From NCBI GenBank assembly GCA_964188305.1, contig OZ076885.1: 64,000 bases of DNA; one strand, written 5' to 3'. Below, in pieces: positions 61,647 to 64,000 of the stretch. This DNA is from Podarcis bocagei. Taxonomy: Eukaryota. The notes under the pieces were generated by a model. It saw only the letters and a program-made list of their open reading frames with translations. It made no database searches and had not been told where the DNA came from. The first letter of the stretch is position 1; every line of letters begins with the position of its first letter. Position numbers and translations under genes: made by a program.

Positions 61647-63253
61647 TCTCCTGTGTTGTCAGATGGAGATGAGTAATTTGCAGTTTATTCACTTTCGTTT
61701 ACGTTATTTATAGCAAAATGTGTTACCTGCCCTGAGCCTCCAAGGGAGGGCCAGATATAAACTCAATTAACTAAATACATTTCCTGGCATCTCCAGTCAC
61801 TTGTGGCTTTTGATCTGCGATATTTAGATTTTGAACAGTGATTACACGTTGTTTTAGCCTTGAGTCTCCATTCAGTGGAAATGTATTCACAACTACGACG
61901 TCGTACATGTCTGCTCAATGTGTAGCCCTTACTAAATTCTGTTGTCAGACTCAAAAAAGGAGAATCTAAAAGGCTCATAATTTTGAACACTGGAGATGAT
62001 GATCAACGACGCAGCTGTTTATTCTAAATGTAATCTCATTCCTGCAAATCTAAAGGAAGGGTTGATGGCAAATCATGACTAATTTTCTTGCTCTTTCCAT
62101 TTCTCCTCACTTAATATTGTTAATTAAATTAGGTTCTCCCTTCCAGCTGTTTATAAGACAACAACCAGATGCCTGCCTTCATTCCACAAATGGTAAAAGT
62201 TTCAACTAGAAAGCGAATTAAAATGTGGGGAGAGGGAAGGAAAGAAACACATTTGGACGTGTCTTCTTTTATAGCCGAATTATATACAGTATTGCAGTAT
62301 ATAAATGCCTGATATTGTATCATTTCTGGCATAGCATAAGAAAACAAAATATTTCATGGAATAAGTGATTGTTCTTAAGTGCAGCAGTTTCTTTGAATAA
62401 CAGTAGTAATAATAAAAATAAAACATTCACATTTTCTGCTGCCATAGAAAACATTTTGGGAAACTAGCAGGTTGGAAATAGAGACATGGGCCTCTGGCTT
62501 TACATTTATATTACATTTCCGTTCCCTTTTTAAATATGACAAATGATCCCTTGTTTCTGTTTGGTTCACAGTTTATTGATCACATTTCTAGATTTAGGTT
62601 TGTGGTGTTTTAAGAAATGCTTTCGGATTTAAGAGACAAGATTTGCACTGAATCAACAAGTAGTGTGTATACTGAGCAGCTGCCCCCATACACAGTTTAG
62701 GGCAGGTCGCAGGTGATTAAAATGGATGAGGTGATTAAAATAAATGAGAAGCGATCACTTATTAAAAGGTGCTTTGTTAATACGGGCCATATTTCACATT
62801 ATTATGGTGAGCTAGCCAATGAGCCCCTGTCACAAATAGCGTCCATTGCACCAACTGCCTGCAATACATCATTGTCACCATGTTAGTTCTGACTCTGTTG
62901 ACGCAACCATCCAACACTCCAGAGAGGACCATCCGCAGAACTCATTGAGTTGATCTTCTACTGCATCTCCATCCAAGTTTGACGCTTGTTCACCAGGATG
63001 GAGATTCAGGAGCACCAACATCTTTTGTGCCTCTTGCAAAAAAGCACAATGATCTACCATCAGTTCCTCTATGGGAAGGCTTCTAGGAGAGAGGGGAGCA
63101 GGTGAAGACCCCTTCAGGGCCTGTTCCAGCAGAACAATCTCCTCCCTCCACACCCACCGCTGCATCGGATGTGTTGACATTTTAACACATATTAAATCTG
63201 TTTATATCTTTTTTGTATTATTATTATTATTATCATCATCAAAATGCAATTTA

Positions 63254-63650
63254 CCATATTTTTCACGCCATAAGGCACGCCGGACCATAAGGCGCACCTA
63301 GTTTTTAAGGGGGGGAATCAAGAAAAACAATCTTATTCCCCCCCAGCCCCAAAGAGCAAAGAGTCTTGCTCTCCCGGCTTCAGCAAAAGGAACCCGCTGC
63401 GCTCCAAAGTTCCCGCAGTGCTCCAAAGGCTTCAGGCATCTATCCCTGAAGCCTGGAGAGCGAGAGGGGTCGGTGCTCACCGACCCCTCTTGCTCTCCAG
63501 GCTTCAGCGAAAGTAACACCCTCTGTGCTTTGGGGGTTTCGCATTGCTATCGTTGAAGCCAAGGAGCTGCATTCGCTCAATAGGACGCATACACATTTCC
63601 CCTTAATTTTTGGAGGGGGAAAAGTGTGTCCTATAGAGCGAAAAATACGG
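63254..63650. mobile_element. Tc1/mariner (Tc2/pogo-like) MITE with an internal hairpin
   Basis: TA|ccatatttttcacgccata ... tatagagcgaaaaatacgg|TA. Confidence 0.78.
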
Positions 63651-64000
63651 TATTACCTCCTGGAGGCCAGATGCCCAATATTTTGTGGGGTATGAGTGTG
63701 TTGAACAGGACACTGTAGTGGAATGCAGCAACTGCAAGTTCATTAAAAAGTCATTTTTTCCAGGAATCCCCTTGACCTTAAAACACCTTTGTGAAACGTC
63801 AAACGTTGTCTTCCTCAACCTTGAAGAGAAGTGTAAAACACACACACACCCAAGTGACTTTCCCAAGGTCACACAAAGAACTGGAAAGCAGAGTGGAAGC
63901 CCAAGTCTCGCCTGCTAGCCGCTTCAAAGCGGTGCTGAAATTTTCAATTTAAAAGTGCAGCAAAGTCAGCTCTGGTAATTTTAGCTCTTTCTCCGCTTTA

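Noticed and set aside
1-64000. CRISPR arrays, operons or prokaryotic defence systems
   Set aside because: The sequence is intron-containing vertebrate DNA, and no regularly spaced repeat-spacer array is present.

Overview
This is vertebrate genomic DNA from a squamate reptile (probably a lacertid lizard, judged from the Sauria-type SINEs and the hAT, Tc1/mariner, L1 and CR1 repeat content). It contains two complete minus-strand protein-coding genes that I reconstructed exon by exon. DDX18 (DEAD-box RNA helicase) has 14 coding exons at 23881-39989 and encodes 655 aa. Downstream of it is an intact two-exon 5-HT5 serotonin receptor, HTR5B by synteny with DDX18 (1854-2186 plus 11989-12699, 347 aa). 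Both genes start in CpG islands. Positions 40.4-64 kb are a gene-free, repeat-containing region. The most notable observations are: (1) an upstream out-of-frame ATG in HTR5B opens a 346-codon alternative frame that crosses the splice junction and overlaps almost the whole receptor CDS; (2) DDX18 has a U12-type last intron, a GC-AG intron 3, and a duplicated exon-4 donor 25 nt downstream of the real one; (3) HTR5B exon 1 shows strong GC-driven amino-acid drift; (4) several young or nested transposon insertions have readable target-site duplications (TSDs). No prokaryotic-type system, CRISPR array or genuine RNA gene was found. Most short ORFs in the track are noise.
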